A stretch of 64,000 nucleotides of DNA, taken from positions 248,001 to 312,000 of the forward strand of contig MU008176.1 of assembly GCA_010909165.1 (NCBI GenBank), in the 5' to 3' direction. The translations under genes and the position numbers were made by a program. The notes beneath the pieces are model-generated. The model was not told the DNA's origin. It searched no databases and was given only the letters and a program-made list of their open reading frames with translations. The first letter of the stretch is position 1, and each line of letters begins with the position of its first letter. Positions 1-22,900 of this stretch are shown here, one piece after another. This stretch comes from Anthoceros angustus (taxonomy: Eukaryota; Plantae; Anthocerotophyta).

Positions 1-5365
<5,365 letters not shown>

Positions 5366-6718
5366 GATAGTTCTCTGCTGTGAAGCATGTCCTACGGCAG
5401 GACGGGATTGCGTGTTATCTGAATGGTTAGGCGTGTGGTGGCGAACCTGGTTTCCCCTTGATCTTGGGTAAAGATATGGATTCCTGTCCTTCGCCTAGAA
5501 AACGTTTTGGATCCCCGTTAAGCTGGGAAGCGAGGTTCTCTGGAAATCACAACTGCTGGGAACTATGACGAGGGATATTTCACGTCACTCATTAAGCTTC
5601 AGCAGTCGCCCAAACTTTTGTAATTCGATGTAGCAGGTACAAGTATGTCCATGATCTTCAGTGAAGGCAATCCAGGGTTTCGAGCTCCTGGTCCTTCGCA
5701 GTCGGATTGGGTTCAAGAAGTCCCTGTGGCCCCAAGATTACTGAGAGTGCGATGAGAGGCATAGCTCACCGAGATCTGGGGGTCCAGTCCTAGATCCAGG
5801 GAGCTGAAATTCTGCATCTTGCAGGGCAGGGATGTACTTCAAATTGCCAGCCAGCTCTGCTTGCATGGAAACTTGTATTGAAAGCCTGTGAACCGAGCTA
5901 TAGGCGACACGCCTTCATCCCCGCGCAGAGACATGAGCCCTCTTCCTTCTGTGGGTTTCTGGGCGTAACAGCAGTGGTACACGTGTCTGCCTGCACAGAC
6001 ACAGAGACGGTCCAGGTTCCTTGACAGTTTTCAGTGAAGTCCACGTCTTGTTACGTTGGGACAAGCGCTCGCCGCCAGTATGGCTGTCTTGTCGTATGCC
6101 TTGCCCTGTGTACTTCCTCCAATGCAGAAGGGAATGCACTGGCCAAGGCACATCCAGGGTGACAGACATCGCTTGCAGCACAAGAAAACTTGGCCGTCAC
6201 ATCTTCACCTGCACGGTTCTGGCCATGCCTCGAAATCAAACAAGGTGGAGGGAGCTGAGCAGCTTCTAACAACGCACAGCTCTGCGAGAATGTTCCCTAG
6301 CCACATTCCTCTGCTCTTAACTTGCTCTCTCCCTTCGCAATTTTGAACTCCCGCAATCAGGACTCTAGAATTCAGATGCCACACTTTCCACATGATGCAA
6401 TGGTTTATGCGTGGTTGAAATGCCGTTGTCGTAACGACACATCTGTCGTCGAACCTTAACATATTCATTCCGATTCTTCCGTCAATTTTCGGTTGAGCTT
6501 AGCCTTCCCACTCTTGCCTCGAAGCCGAAGGTCTCCCTCCCTTCTCCAATTCATATATTGGAGATCTCCTGTACACGACGGATCGACCCTCCCCGCTCCT
6601 GCTGCGCTCACCATTAAACGATTTGCAGCTTGTGTTGTGATTGTGAGCGACCGAGAAGTAGAATTGTTTCAGGAGACAAAATTTTGTAACACCTCTGCTA
6701 AGCATTTGATTCATCTCA

Positions 6719-6754
6719 GAGTCGGAGTCGGAGTCGGAGTCGGAGTCGGAGTCG
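6719..6754 (+). repeat. (GAGTCG)6 hexanucleotide microsatellite upstream of ABCC copy 2
   Basis: Six perfect GAGTCG units read directly, followed by GAGTAG. Confidence 0.95.
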
Positions 6755-6947
6755 GAGTAGAGAGCTCATGCATCGACGAGTGCAGCACTGTAAGAAATCG
6801 CATTCTACTGCCGTGACGCTGTGATCTATTGTTTTGTGAGGATCAGTTTTGGTTACAGAGCTCTTGTTTGTTGCATGCTTTAAGAAATCGGGCAAATGCA
6901 AATAGACTAGTTGTCGTGTGCGCAGTTGACGTTCTAAACTGTTTTGC

Positions 6948-12458
<5,511 letters not shown>

Positions 12459-12991
12459 AGGTGGCCCAACGTCTCAGCAGGGTACCTACTCTGCATGTGT
12501 GTTCAGCTTAGCCGATATAATGGTGGTGCGGGTTTTCACTTTAACTTTGTTTCATTGAGCAGTGACCTGCTGAAGATGCTGGAAACTCCGAAGAGGGGCA
12601 CAGTGCCCGCGGATGACTTCATTTGATTGCCTTTTAAAATTTAAGCAAATACAACTTGTCCCATGACCTATCTGAAGTGCAGGCTGGTAGATGTGTAGGT
12701 AGGTGTATCCAAAAGAATTCTAGCATAAAAGCTGCCGACATTGACAAATCGATGGGCATAATTACAGTAGCTTATGCCTCAAATCCATTCCCACGATACT
12801 CCAGCAAAACGGTGTTCAACTATCAAAATTTGAAGGCGAAGATTGCTAAGATGTTGAAGCTGAAGCTGCGCACCTATGGACCTCTGTAGTATGGCAACCG
12901 TACCTAGCACTCCTGAAAGTGCTGCGATGCCGTCCTCCAATCCCTGTGCCGGCATAGGGTGACGAGCATGACATACAACAGCGCTTTCAGA

Positions 12992-13438
12992 TCACACATT
13001 GCGGATGAAAAATATAACAGCACGAGCAAAGTTCTTCCAGATGATGAAGAATGACAGCCCAAAAAGCTTCACGACATTGTATACGAAGTGCGTGATAAGA
13101 TCAGTGAAGTCATGAAGAGCAAAGAAGAGGAGCTGGAAGAAGTCCAATATTGCAAACAGCAAGGAACATAGAATGCTTCTCAACAGAGCCAGAAGAATGT
13201 TCAGCAACCCGAGCGCTATTGACAGGAACAGCCTCGAAAGGCGGGCGAGCACATGCTCAGCAAGACTTGGGACTCCCCATAGGGCAGTTTTCAAAAGTTT
13301 AGCAACCAGTAAACTGGGCAGTCTTAAGGTATGGATGATAGTCAGAAGCAGAATGCTAATCAGCTCAAAGACTGTGCGGGTGATAATATCCAAGACAAAA
13401 GTGAAAAGTTTAATGAAGAGGTCGGCCAGAATGGTCAT
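12992..13438 (-). CDS. Uncharacterised 148-aa Leu-rich hydrophobic/amphipathic-helix protein
   Basis: Single-exon ORF from ATG to stop, strongly hydrophobic (MTILADLFIKLFTFVLDIITRTVFELISILLLTIIHTLRLPS...). No catalytic motif recognised. Confidence 0.6.
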   Translation of the reverse strand: MTILADLFIKLFTFVLDIITRTVFELISILLLTIIHTLRLPSLLVAKLLKTALWGVPSLAEHVLARLSRLFLSIALGLLNILLALLRSILCSLLFAILDFFQLLFFALHDFTDLITHFVYNVVKLFGLSFFIIWKNFARAVIFFIRNV

Positions 13439-15227
13439 GATGGGAGAAGGGATTCAAAGACAGACAAGGAAGCAACAAGAAGCACGAGACTTCACAAACC
13501 CAATTTTCGTCGACTGCAGAATCTCAGGCACTTCATCGAGGTAATTAACATGGGAGACTGGGAGGGAACACTTTCAATGTCAAGAAAAACTCTCACCAGG
13601 ACATAAAAATCCCTGTAACCTCCGAAAACCAAGCTCCTTAAAAGCTCACATTGTAGGGAAAGAGAGCATCGCCACAATTGCTGGTCTATATCCTGTTCCA
13701 GGTTTGCATTAGCACCATGCACAGCTCTGGTTGACTTAGACCCCCGCCCGTGCTGCCTATTCACCTCCGACCACCTGCCAGAGAGCATGTCGATAAATGG
13801 AAGAAGAACAATTCGTACAAGCTCTGACATGTCTCCGTTCCGAGCCTTTACCAGCCTGTATTACCCTGTACATGTGATCACCTCTGCGGAGAGTGCAATA
13901 TCCATGCTCTCAAGAAAGTCAGTGCTCCAGTTGCCCTGCACAGAAAAATTTGATCTCCAGCACACAATTTTCCCTGATCCAAGAACGGTGACCGGCTCTG
14001 AAACACCTCAACTAAACTGCAACAAATGTAGCCAAAGGCGCAGATTAAGTCACCAATTACCAGGCAACAAAATCCTCAACTAAGAGCGCGAGAGTTCAGA
14101 AATTGCGAGAACCGCGCTTTCCATTCCGCTAGACAAAGACCGCAATTTGATGCCTGATAAGTCAAAGAAAAACTACTAGCCAGGCCGATCGGGCCAAACT
14201 ACCTCTAGACCACAATCCGCGTCTCCACTGACAGCCAAGGCCAGCCATTCGGCTGGAACACGCACAGCCAATGCGAGACGACTCAGAACGCTCCAACCAG
14301 CTCCGTAGAGCAGCACGGCTGCGCAAATCCAGCTCTATGAAGCTGCTCACGCCAGAAAATGCGCCCGATACCTCCAAAGCCAGAGAGCGAAAGCCAGCAG
14401 CAAAGCGCCAAGAACTCCCGCGCTCTTGGGCCAAGAGACGCGAATCGAAACGAGGCAAAGTGCCGTGGAGCAGGCAACATTTTCCGCATCGCTGGAGCGA
14501 GGCAGGCGATCTCCGGACCGGGAATGGTACAGCCGGAATGGCGTGAGAAATTGGAAGACTGGCAAGAGGAAGGAAGGCGGGCTTCTGCAGCAGGACAGGA
14601 CAGGACAGGACTCAACGCGGAGGAGGGAAATTGGAACAACAATATTTTAATGCGTTTTGAAATCGCTTTTGGACGCCTATTTCGAGGGCAATCATCAGAA
14701 AACGGCTCGGCAGTCTGCGGCTAACCTCAGGTCAAGCGCGGCCTGACCGCGGGTTAGGGTAGGTTAGAATACAGCAGTAGAACAAGAATCAGTCAGGATG
14801 AGGTACAGTAGGCTGGCGTGAGGAACACAGATCCAGGGCCAGTCAAAGAATTGAGCTTGCGGGTCGCCATGTTGCATGCATGCCGCTTGCCATCGTCGTT
14901 CAGAGCATCTTTGTGCGGAAGTGAAAACAACGGCTTCTGTTCATCACACGATTCAAATGACTCGCCTGTGAGTACGCAAGCTCTCCAGTCAGGTGCGGGA
15001 TGTGATGTATGTCCGACCTTGTACAGGACATGCCATGCCCTGACATCTCGGATGCGTGCCCGAGAAGCTTGTCCATGAAAAACCATGGCGTGCTCGAGCC
15101 CTAGCCCAGCCCTAAGCCCCAACACCGACCTGTGACTTGCCATGGCGGAATTGTGCTTTCTTGGCTAGTGGGTGAAAAATGCGGCAGGAGGCCCACCTTG
15201 GATCACGTGGCATGGTGTGGTTGCTGT

Positions 15228-18200
15228 TCAGTCTGTAGAGCCTTTGTTCAGATTTTCCATCAGACTGTCCAGCTTGTCGTAGATGGCCTTTCTCTGTGGG
15301 TGGCCCAAGTCGTCCACCACAAACCGATGAACTTGATTCTCTGCCTCAATCCAGGTGGTCCCGGGCTGCTTCGATACTCTTGCCAGCTTCATCTGCTTTC
15401 TTACCTCAGCAGCTTCCTGGGTTCTGCCAGCTGCGGCGTAGATGTTGGACATCAGGACATACGGAGCTGCTGTGCCTGGATCAATTTGGATGAGTTGGTC
15501 GAAGGCCCGAGCTGCCACTTCCACATTGCTGTGTGTTTGACATGCCCCGAGGACAGACATCCACAGGCTGGCCTCGGCTGGTACCGGCATCCTCTTGATG
15601 AAGTCCTCAGCCTCCTGGAAATGGCCAGCACGGCTTAGAAGGTCCACCATGCAGGCATAGTGCGTCATGGTGAAGGTGATTCCCAGCTTCTGAGCAGCGG
15701 TTGTGAAAATCTGGCAGCCTTCGTCCACCAGACCAGAGTGACTGCAGGCGAAGAGGACAGATATTAAAGTGACCTCGTTGGGTTTCATGCCCTCCTGCTG
15801 CATTTGCTGGAAAAGTTCCAGGGCTGTTTTGGCCTGTCCATGCTGGGCGTATCCCCCTATTATCGCATTCCATGACACTACAGTCCGTTCAGGTAAGCTG
15901 TCAAACACTCTGCGCGCCTCATCCAAGCTCCCGCACTTGGCATACATGTCGAGAAGGGTGTTACCAATCACGTCATCTGACTGGAAGCCACTCTTGGTAA
16001 TCTGGGAATGAAGTTCCTTAACATCAGCTAGGCTGCCAGAGTCTTTGAGGATGCTTAGGAAAGTTGTTTTGTTCGGTTGGGTACCTTCGTTTTGCATGTC
16101 AAGGAAGAGTTTGAAAGCCTTGTCGCTCATCCCATGCTGGGCATAACCACCAATCAGGGCATTCCAACAAGCTACGGATTTTGCAGGCAGTTTGTCAAAG
16201 AGTTCACGCGCCTCATCCAACCTCCCACATTTTACATACATGTCCACAAGGTTCATCTTCACTGCTGCATCAGACTCCATGCCGCTGTTGACCAAGTGGT
16301 CATGGATCTCTTTGCCTTGGGCCAGAGCAGCTGTGCTGCTACATGCTCTTAGGATGCTCAAGTATGTAGCCTTGTCCGGCTGAATACCTTCTTGAAGCAT
16401 GTGCTGAAATAACTGCAGAGCCTTCTCTGTATCCCCCTGTTGGGCGTATCCACCAATCACAACTGTCCACGAGATGACATCATTCTTTGACAGCTTGTGG
16501 AAGACTTTGTGTGCCTTATCCATACTCCCACACTTGACGTACATGGTCATGAGGGCATTGCCTATTGCGTCATCTATCTTTAATCCTCTCTCTTGAAGCT
16601 GGGCATGTATTTGCGTGCCTTCATCGAGGGCTGTGATGGTTCCGCATCCTTTGAGGATGCTCAGAATAGTCACCTTGTCTGGCTCCAATCCCTCGTCTTG
16701 CATTTGCTTAAACAGTAGCAAACCTTCTTGACCTTGTCCATGTTGCACATATCCAGCAATCATGGTATTCCAAGAAACAATAGTTTTCTCTGGTAGTCCA
16801 TCAAACAGCTTGCGTGCTTCATCAAGGCACCCACACTTGGCATAAGTGTCCAAAAATGCATTCCTTAGAACAACGTCCGACTGAACTCCACTCTTGGTTA
16901 CCTGGGCTTGAACTTGTTTCACTTTTTCTAGGGCCGCTATGCTGCCAGCTGCTTGCACAACTGCCAGGAATGTTACTTTATCAGGTTCAATGCCAGCCTG
17001 CAGCATTTGCTCATACAGGATAAGCGCCCTCTCACCATCTCCATCCTGTGCATAACCTCCAATAATAGCCGTCCATGAAACAACATCTGGAGCTGACAAG
17101 GTGTCAAAGCATTTCTGTGCATCCTGTATGCTCCCACACCTGGCATACATGTCCACAAGGGTGCTTCCGATAAGATCATCCTTCTCTAAGCCATGCTTCA
17201 GGACTTCTGCATGAATAGTTTTAGCCAGACTGAGGTGCTCCCTGCTCTGACAGGCCTTTAGCAAGCTCAAAAAGGTCATTCTGTCTGGAACCATGCCTTC
17301 CTTAAACATTTCAGAGAACAGGTGGAGAGCTTCTTGACTTTGCCCATGTTGGGTGTACGCGCCAATAATTGCATTCCATGAGACTATATCTCGCTGTGGC
17401 AATTTGCGGAAAATGTTCCTAGCATCATTAAGGTTCCCAGCTCTGCCATACATGTCGACAAGGGTGTTGCCAATGGCTGAATCCAACCCCAATCCAAGTT
17501 CAATCACCTGTACGTGGATCTGTTTGCCCTGCTCCACACTCGGAGAACTGCTACATGCCTTAAGAGCAGCCAAGAATGTAACCCTGTTGGGTTCCACGCC
17601 CTCCTCCTGCATCCGTTTATAAAGTTTGAGCGCTTCCTCAAAACGTTTGTGCTGAACATATCCTCCGATTAGGGAATTCCAGGACACAACACTCCGTTCA
17701 GGCAAAGTGTCGAACAGTTTACGTGCCTCATCCAAACTTCCACATTTTGCATACATGTCTACAAGACTGCTTCCAATAGCAACATCAAGCTTGATGTCAC
17801 TGTCTGTAAGCTGCTCATGAATTTGCTTGCCTTCAAGCAGAGCACCGATGCTGGCACAGCCCTTAAGTGCACCCATGACTGTTATGCGATCTGGCTTCAC
17901 CCTCTCCTTCTGCATTCTTGTAAAAAGCTGGAGTGCCTCACCACCTAACCCATGCTGTGAATACCCACCAATCATAGCATTCCACGAGGCTACGGTCCTC
18001 TCAGGCAACCTTTCGAATAAATCCCGAGCCTCATCTACAGCTCCAAATCTGGCATACATCGCTATTAGAGTGTTTGCCACAGTTGTATCTAATTCCAGTC
18101 CACATTCAATGAGCTGGGAGTGCAACTGTTTTCCCTCAGCTGGGGCAGGAATGTGGGTACATGCTTTCAACAGGTGTGTGAAAGTGAATTTATCGGGTGT

Positions 18201-19772
18201 CAACCCCTGCTGTTTCATCGCCTCAAAAAGTTGCACTGCTTCTTCACCCTGCCCATGGTCGGCGTACTCAGCAATCATGGTACTCCAAGATTCCACATTT
18301 TTCTCCAGGATACCGTCAAACACATTCCGTGCCTCACTAAGATTACTAAGCCTGCCATACATCTTCACTAGAGCATTTCCAATGTCAACATCCAGATGAT
18401 ACCCAGCTCTGGCAACCTGCTCGTGGATCTCCACGCTTCGATCTGCAAATACTGCACTGTCAATCTGACTAGCTCTAAGGATGGTCAGAAAGGTGAGCCT
18501 GTCAGGCTTCACTCCCTCATCTTGCATTCTCTTGAGCAGCTGGAAGGCTTCCTGACCACGCCCCTGCTGGACATACCCAGCAATCAGCGCATTCCAGGAC
18601 GCCACTGCCTTTTCCGGCAGCTTACTGAACAACTCAACAGCAGCATCTAAGCTCCCACATTTCACATACATGGACACAAGGGTTGTCCCCACAACAGCAT
18701 CCAACTCCAAACCAGTTTCTTTAAGCTGGGCATGCACCCGCATGCCCTCATCCAAGGCCATAATGCTGCCACAAGCCTTGACTATACTGACAGCAGTGCC
18801 TTGACTCAGCTTCATCCCAACAAGCTCCATCTCCTGAAACAGCTCCAGCGCCAGCCACACCTGCCCATGCTGAAGACATGCACCAATAATAGTATTCCAG
18901 GACACCACATCCTTCACCACCAACCCGTCAAACACGTTCCTGGCCTCAACCAAGCTCCCACATTTCGCATACATGTCCATCAACGTGTTCCCCACAAACA
19001 AGTTCCGGTCCGAGCCTGCCTCGCAGATGTGCGCATGAACCTCCCTCCCATCCCCCAGAGCTGCTGCACTGGCACACGCTTTCAGCACAGCCACATTAAC
19101 GTGGTTGTTGGGACTCACATCCGACTGCAACATTTCCCTGTACAACTTGATAGCCTCCTCCCCCTGCCCAGAATGCGCATGTGCCGAGATTATGGCCTGC
19201 CAGGTATAAGCGTCTGGTTTAAAACCCGACCGAAACACTTGGTCTGCTTCCCACAAACTACGGCACGCAGCAAACAGGCGGATAAGATGGTTGTGAAGAA
19301 AAGCATTCGACTCGTACCCTGTGCTCGAAATCAGGGCCTGGACTCGCCTCCCACAGGCCAGGTCCTTTTCCCTGCTGCACCCCAGCAGAAGAAGGTGCAG
19401 GGCCCCACTGCTCACCCGCACTCCCTTCTTGTGCAGACTATCCAGGGACTCAACAGCCTCATCCAGCCGCCCCTCATCACATAGCCTTCCAATAGCTTCC
19501 CCTGCAATCGCCACCTACAATCAGCACCTCAACACACACGTAACAGGATCACTTCAACACACACACATAACAAAGACATCCACATCCACATACGCATACC
19601 GGCTAACATGCACACATGAGACAACATTGGCAAGCAGAAAATTAACATGGAACATTATCTTACTCACGTCATCATCCTGAGCAGGATGTGAGAAATGCAG
19701 GGATGCAGCCCGGCCGTAGCGACAAGGAATGCCGGGGACCAGAAGCGGCCGGAGCCGATGCCCGAGAGCCAT
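15228..19772 (-). CDS. PLS-class pentatricopeptide repeat protein, E/E+ type without DYW domain, about 1463 aa; predicted organellar RNA-editing specificity factor
   Basis: Exon 1 19772-19668 (35 codons, MALGHRLRPLLVPGIPCRYGRAASLHFSHPAQDDD, Arg-rich transit-peptide-like). GT-AG intron 19667-19515. Exon 2 19514-15228. Twelve repeats of the xxVxSWN-type P motif with L and S motifs between them, then E region and PG box (KQPGTTWIE). The protein ends at E+ (...SLMENLNKGSTD*). Confidence 0.93.
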
Positions 19773-19945
19773 GGGACCTCACGGCTTCCAGAAACAGAAC
19801 AAACCCGGGTCAGGTCAGGTCATATCAGATACGGCAATATGTATATGCAGGCTAACTAAATATTTTTACACACTATAAATGAGACCCGGACGTGGTCTGG
19901 TTCGAACTCGAGGTCGCAAAGCCTCTCATTTTTCGCAGCGAGGCC
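19773..19945. promoter_or_regulatory. 173-bp divergent intergenic region shared by the PPR and TFIIIC-subunit genes
   Basis: ATGs at 19772 (-) and 19946 (+). TATA-like TATAAAT at 19874-19880. B-box-like AGTTCGAACC on the minus strand at 19908-19899. Confidence 0.6.
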
Positions 19946-22900
19946 ATGGACGAGGAGGAGGACTGCGTGAGGCTTTCGCTCCAGCAGGACGCGGAGCAGC
20001 GGAATCTGCCGCACAGGAAGCGAATTTTTTCTGAGACGCTGGCTGCGAATTCTGGAGCTTCGGACGGGGAGGGAGATGGCGGAGGCGAGGAGCCGGCAGG
20101 GGCAGGGCAGCTGGACGACGATGACGAGTTCGGGGACGACGATGAGGAGGAGGGGGAGGAGGAGATGGACGATGCAGAGCTGTACGAGGATTGTTTGGAG
20201 TCCGCGGGGGACACTGATGGAGAGCAGGAATCGCGGCAGGGGGAGGAGCAAGGGGAGCTGGATCCGCTGGCGCTAGTGGAGGAGGATGCACAGGGAAAGC
20301 TTCCTTATGAGCAATTCGAGCGTCTGGAATACGAGGCGTTGGCTGCGCGGAAGCGGAGGGACAGGCAATTGGCTAAGAAAGCGTGAGTGCAGCTTTGGTT
20401 GAAGGATTGTGCAGGTTGCGCATATTTTTGTTTGGATTGTTCGTGGGTGGATGCGACAAGGGGTTGGTAATGGCTTTGTGCAGAGCAGGGGCCCCGGCTC
20501 CGAAGACGGCGAAGTACCAGGATGTGTTTGGAGCTGATGTTGATGAGATCTTGGAGAGTTCGTGGTTGCGGCCTCGACAGCGCGGAAGGGGCGAGGTACT
20601 GGGACGTCTATGTTGCAGCCGCTGTTTGTGTTGATAGGCGTGGTTATGCTCATCTGTGGTTTGTGTGACTGTCCAGCCCAAAAAACGAGGCAGAAAGAAG
20701 CTGCCACCAGGGGGGGTGAGGCTGACGCCTGAAGTTACCAAGAAGCTTGGGAATGCAAACTTATTGTATGCTACTGGGAAGTTCGATGAGGTACTGATAG
20801 GAATATCTCACGATAATGTGGACATGCAAGATTTTGGTACTCCCGACATGGATTGGCTGAGCTTATGCATCGTGTGGTCTAGAAAAGAAAAGTATTGCTT
20901 ATGGACTTACTATGATCTTGTGGTGGGTAATGAAACTTGTGTCCAGGCAATAAAAGTTCTGTCGGAGGTCGTAAAATTGGCGCCATATGTCCCAGATTCA
21001 TATCATACTCTTGGCCTGGTGCATGAGGCGATGGGGAACAGGAAGAAATCATTGAGCTTTTACATGCTAGCTGCAACTGTGACTCCAAAGGATTCAGCTC
21101 TGTGGAAACGTCTGGCGTCTTGGTCAATGTAATGGTGCTGCTCTCTGTCGTGTGACAGCTTGAAAGCTGAGAAAGACCTAAACTATGTCCTTAGGCAGTT
21201 TGGAAGGGCCGATTCTACCAGGTCTTCCCTTCATGTTCTTATGCACTGCTGGCTTTGGCCCGAGAAACCATTTAACGTTAATGACGTTGTTTCAATGTCT
21301 ACAGGGAGCAGGGAAACATTGTCCAAGTCATTTGGTTACTTACAAAGGCAATAAAAGCAGACCCTCATGATGAAGATGCAAAGTGGGATCGGGCATCACT
21401 CTATGTTGATTTGGGAGATTTCAAGAAGGCAGCGGATGCGTATGAGCAAATTTTAGTTTCTCGCCCAAGTGATGTCGAAGTATGCAAGATGGTGTCAAAG
21501 GTAACGGGAGTCATCATTTAGTATTCAGTGTACAAGGCCTTTGCTGCCACAGGTGCTCAAGGGATGCACTCTGATACTGCACCTTCTTCCATGCAGATGC
21601 AACACAAGATTGGTAATGTAGAACGGGCTACCCAGGTGTTGGAAAATTTGTTGGAGGAGCATCCTGCTGAAGCTGATTTGACTGCTGTCAACCTCCTGGC
21701 TGAATTGCACATGCGGTCTGGGACCTTTTCTCAAGCCGTTCTTCAGATTGACCGAGCAAGACACTTATACTGTCCAGAGGGATTGCCTCTAGATCTTGCT
21801 GTAAAAGCTGGAATATGCCATGCTTATTCAGGGAACTTGGATGAAGCGGAGGTGAATGAATGTTGCCACATTGCTTGCAGCCTGTCGTTTAATTTTGGAA
21901 GGTTACGTGGATGGATTTCTTTGCTCTTTGAAGGACCTAGTGCTCACTTGTAGTGTTTGCTGAAGCAGATGCATTTTGAGGACCTTAGAAGAGAGAAGGT
22001 TGAAGACTTTGCAGACTTGATATTGGATGTAGGTGATGCCTATCTCGCGTTAGAAGAACATGAGCGAGCACTCAAGTATCTGAAGATGCTGGATGGAGTT
22101 AAGGGTTATGACAAAGTATGTCCTGCCCTTGAGAGAATTGATCGGATGGTGTCATTGAAGTCGGAGCTTTATGTTGCCTTTTTCCTTTATGAGCCTTAAG
22201 TCTTTGTAGGTTCTTCACTCACAACTTCTGACCTGCTAAGGATAGTGAAATGGTGCTTTGCTTTACAGCCTGAGGTCTGGTTGAAGATTGCTGAGTGCCA
22301 TGTTGGGCTCAGATCATTTAATGATGCTATTCCAGTCTACTATCAAGGTTTGTGCTCGTCGTTCATTCAATTATCTGCCATTCATGCAGCCTGGAAAACT
22401 GAAGGCTAAGATGCTGGTCTAGAATTGTGAACACCCCTATTGTGGATCCAGTGGTAAAAGAGATACCACATCATGTCGAAGCTCGGTTGACGTTGGCGAC
22501 TTTCCTCTACAATCTCGACAGGGACGAGGAAGCATTGGCTTTGCTTGTACCCCCAGGTTCTGTAACACACTCAATTTGGTTGGAAAACATTTTGGTAATG
22601 TGCAAGCAGTTGCCTGATTCAGTTGAGTGCCACACCTGTTCTGTCCAGATGTTGAACCACATGGAACTTCAGAAACTTCTGGAGAGGAGCAGGCATGGTG
22701 GAGGGATCCCAAAGTGAGGCTGTACCTGGCAGAAGTTTACTACAACCAAAAAAGGGATTTGGAATATGTGGAGGTCATGCTGCCTCTCATTCAAGAGTCT
22801 CTGCAATTGGATGCTTTAAATCAGAAGGTGCTGGACTCCACTCTTTCCCTGCTGTGGTAAGCTTTGCTTTGTGACTCACATTTTTCTGAAACCTCCCAGG

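Noticed and set aside
5400-6500. Short ORFs on both strands between the ABCC paralogs
   Set aside because: No motifs and no consistent splice model; none can be supported.
14162-14724. Overlapping ORFs in a GC-rich stretch
   Set aside because: This looks like promoter or 5' UTR sequence with (ACAGG)n; the translations are featureless.
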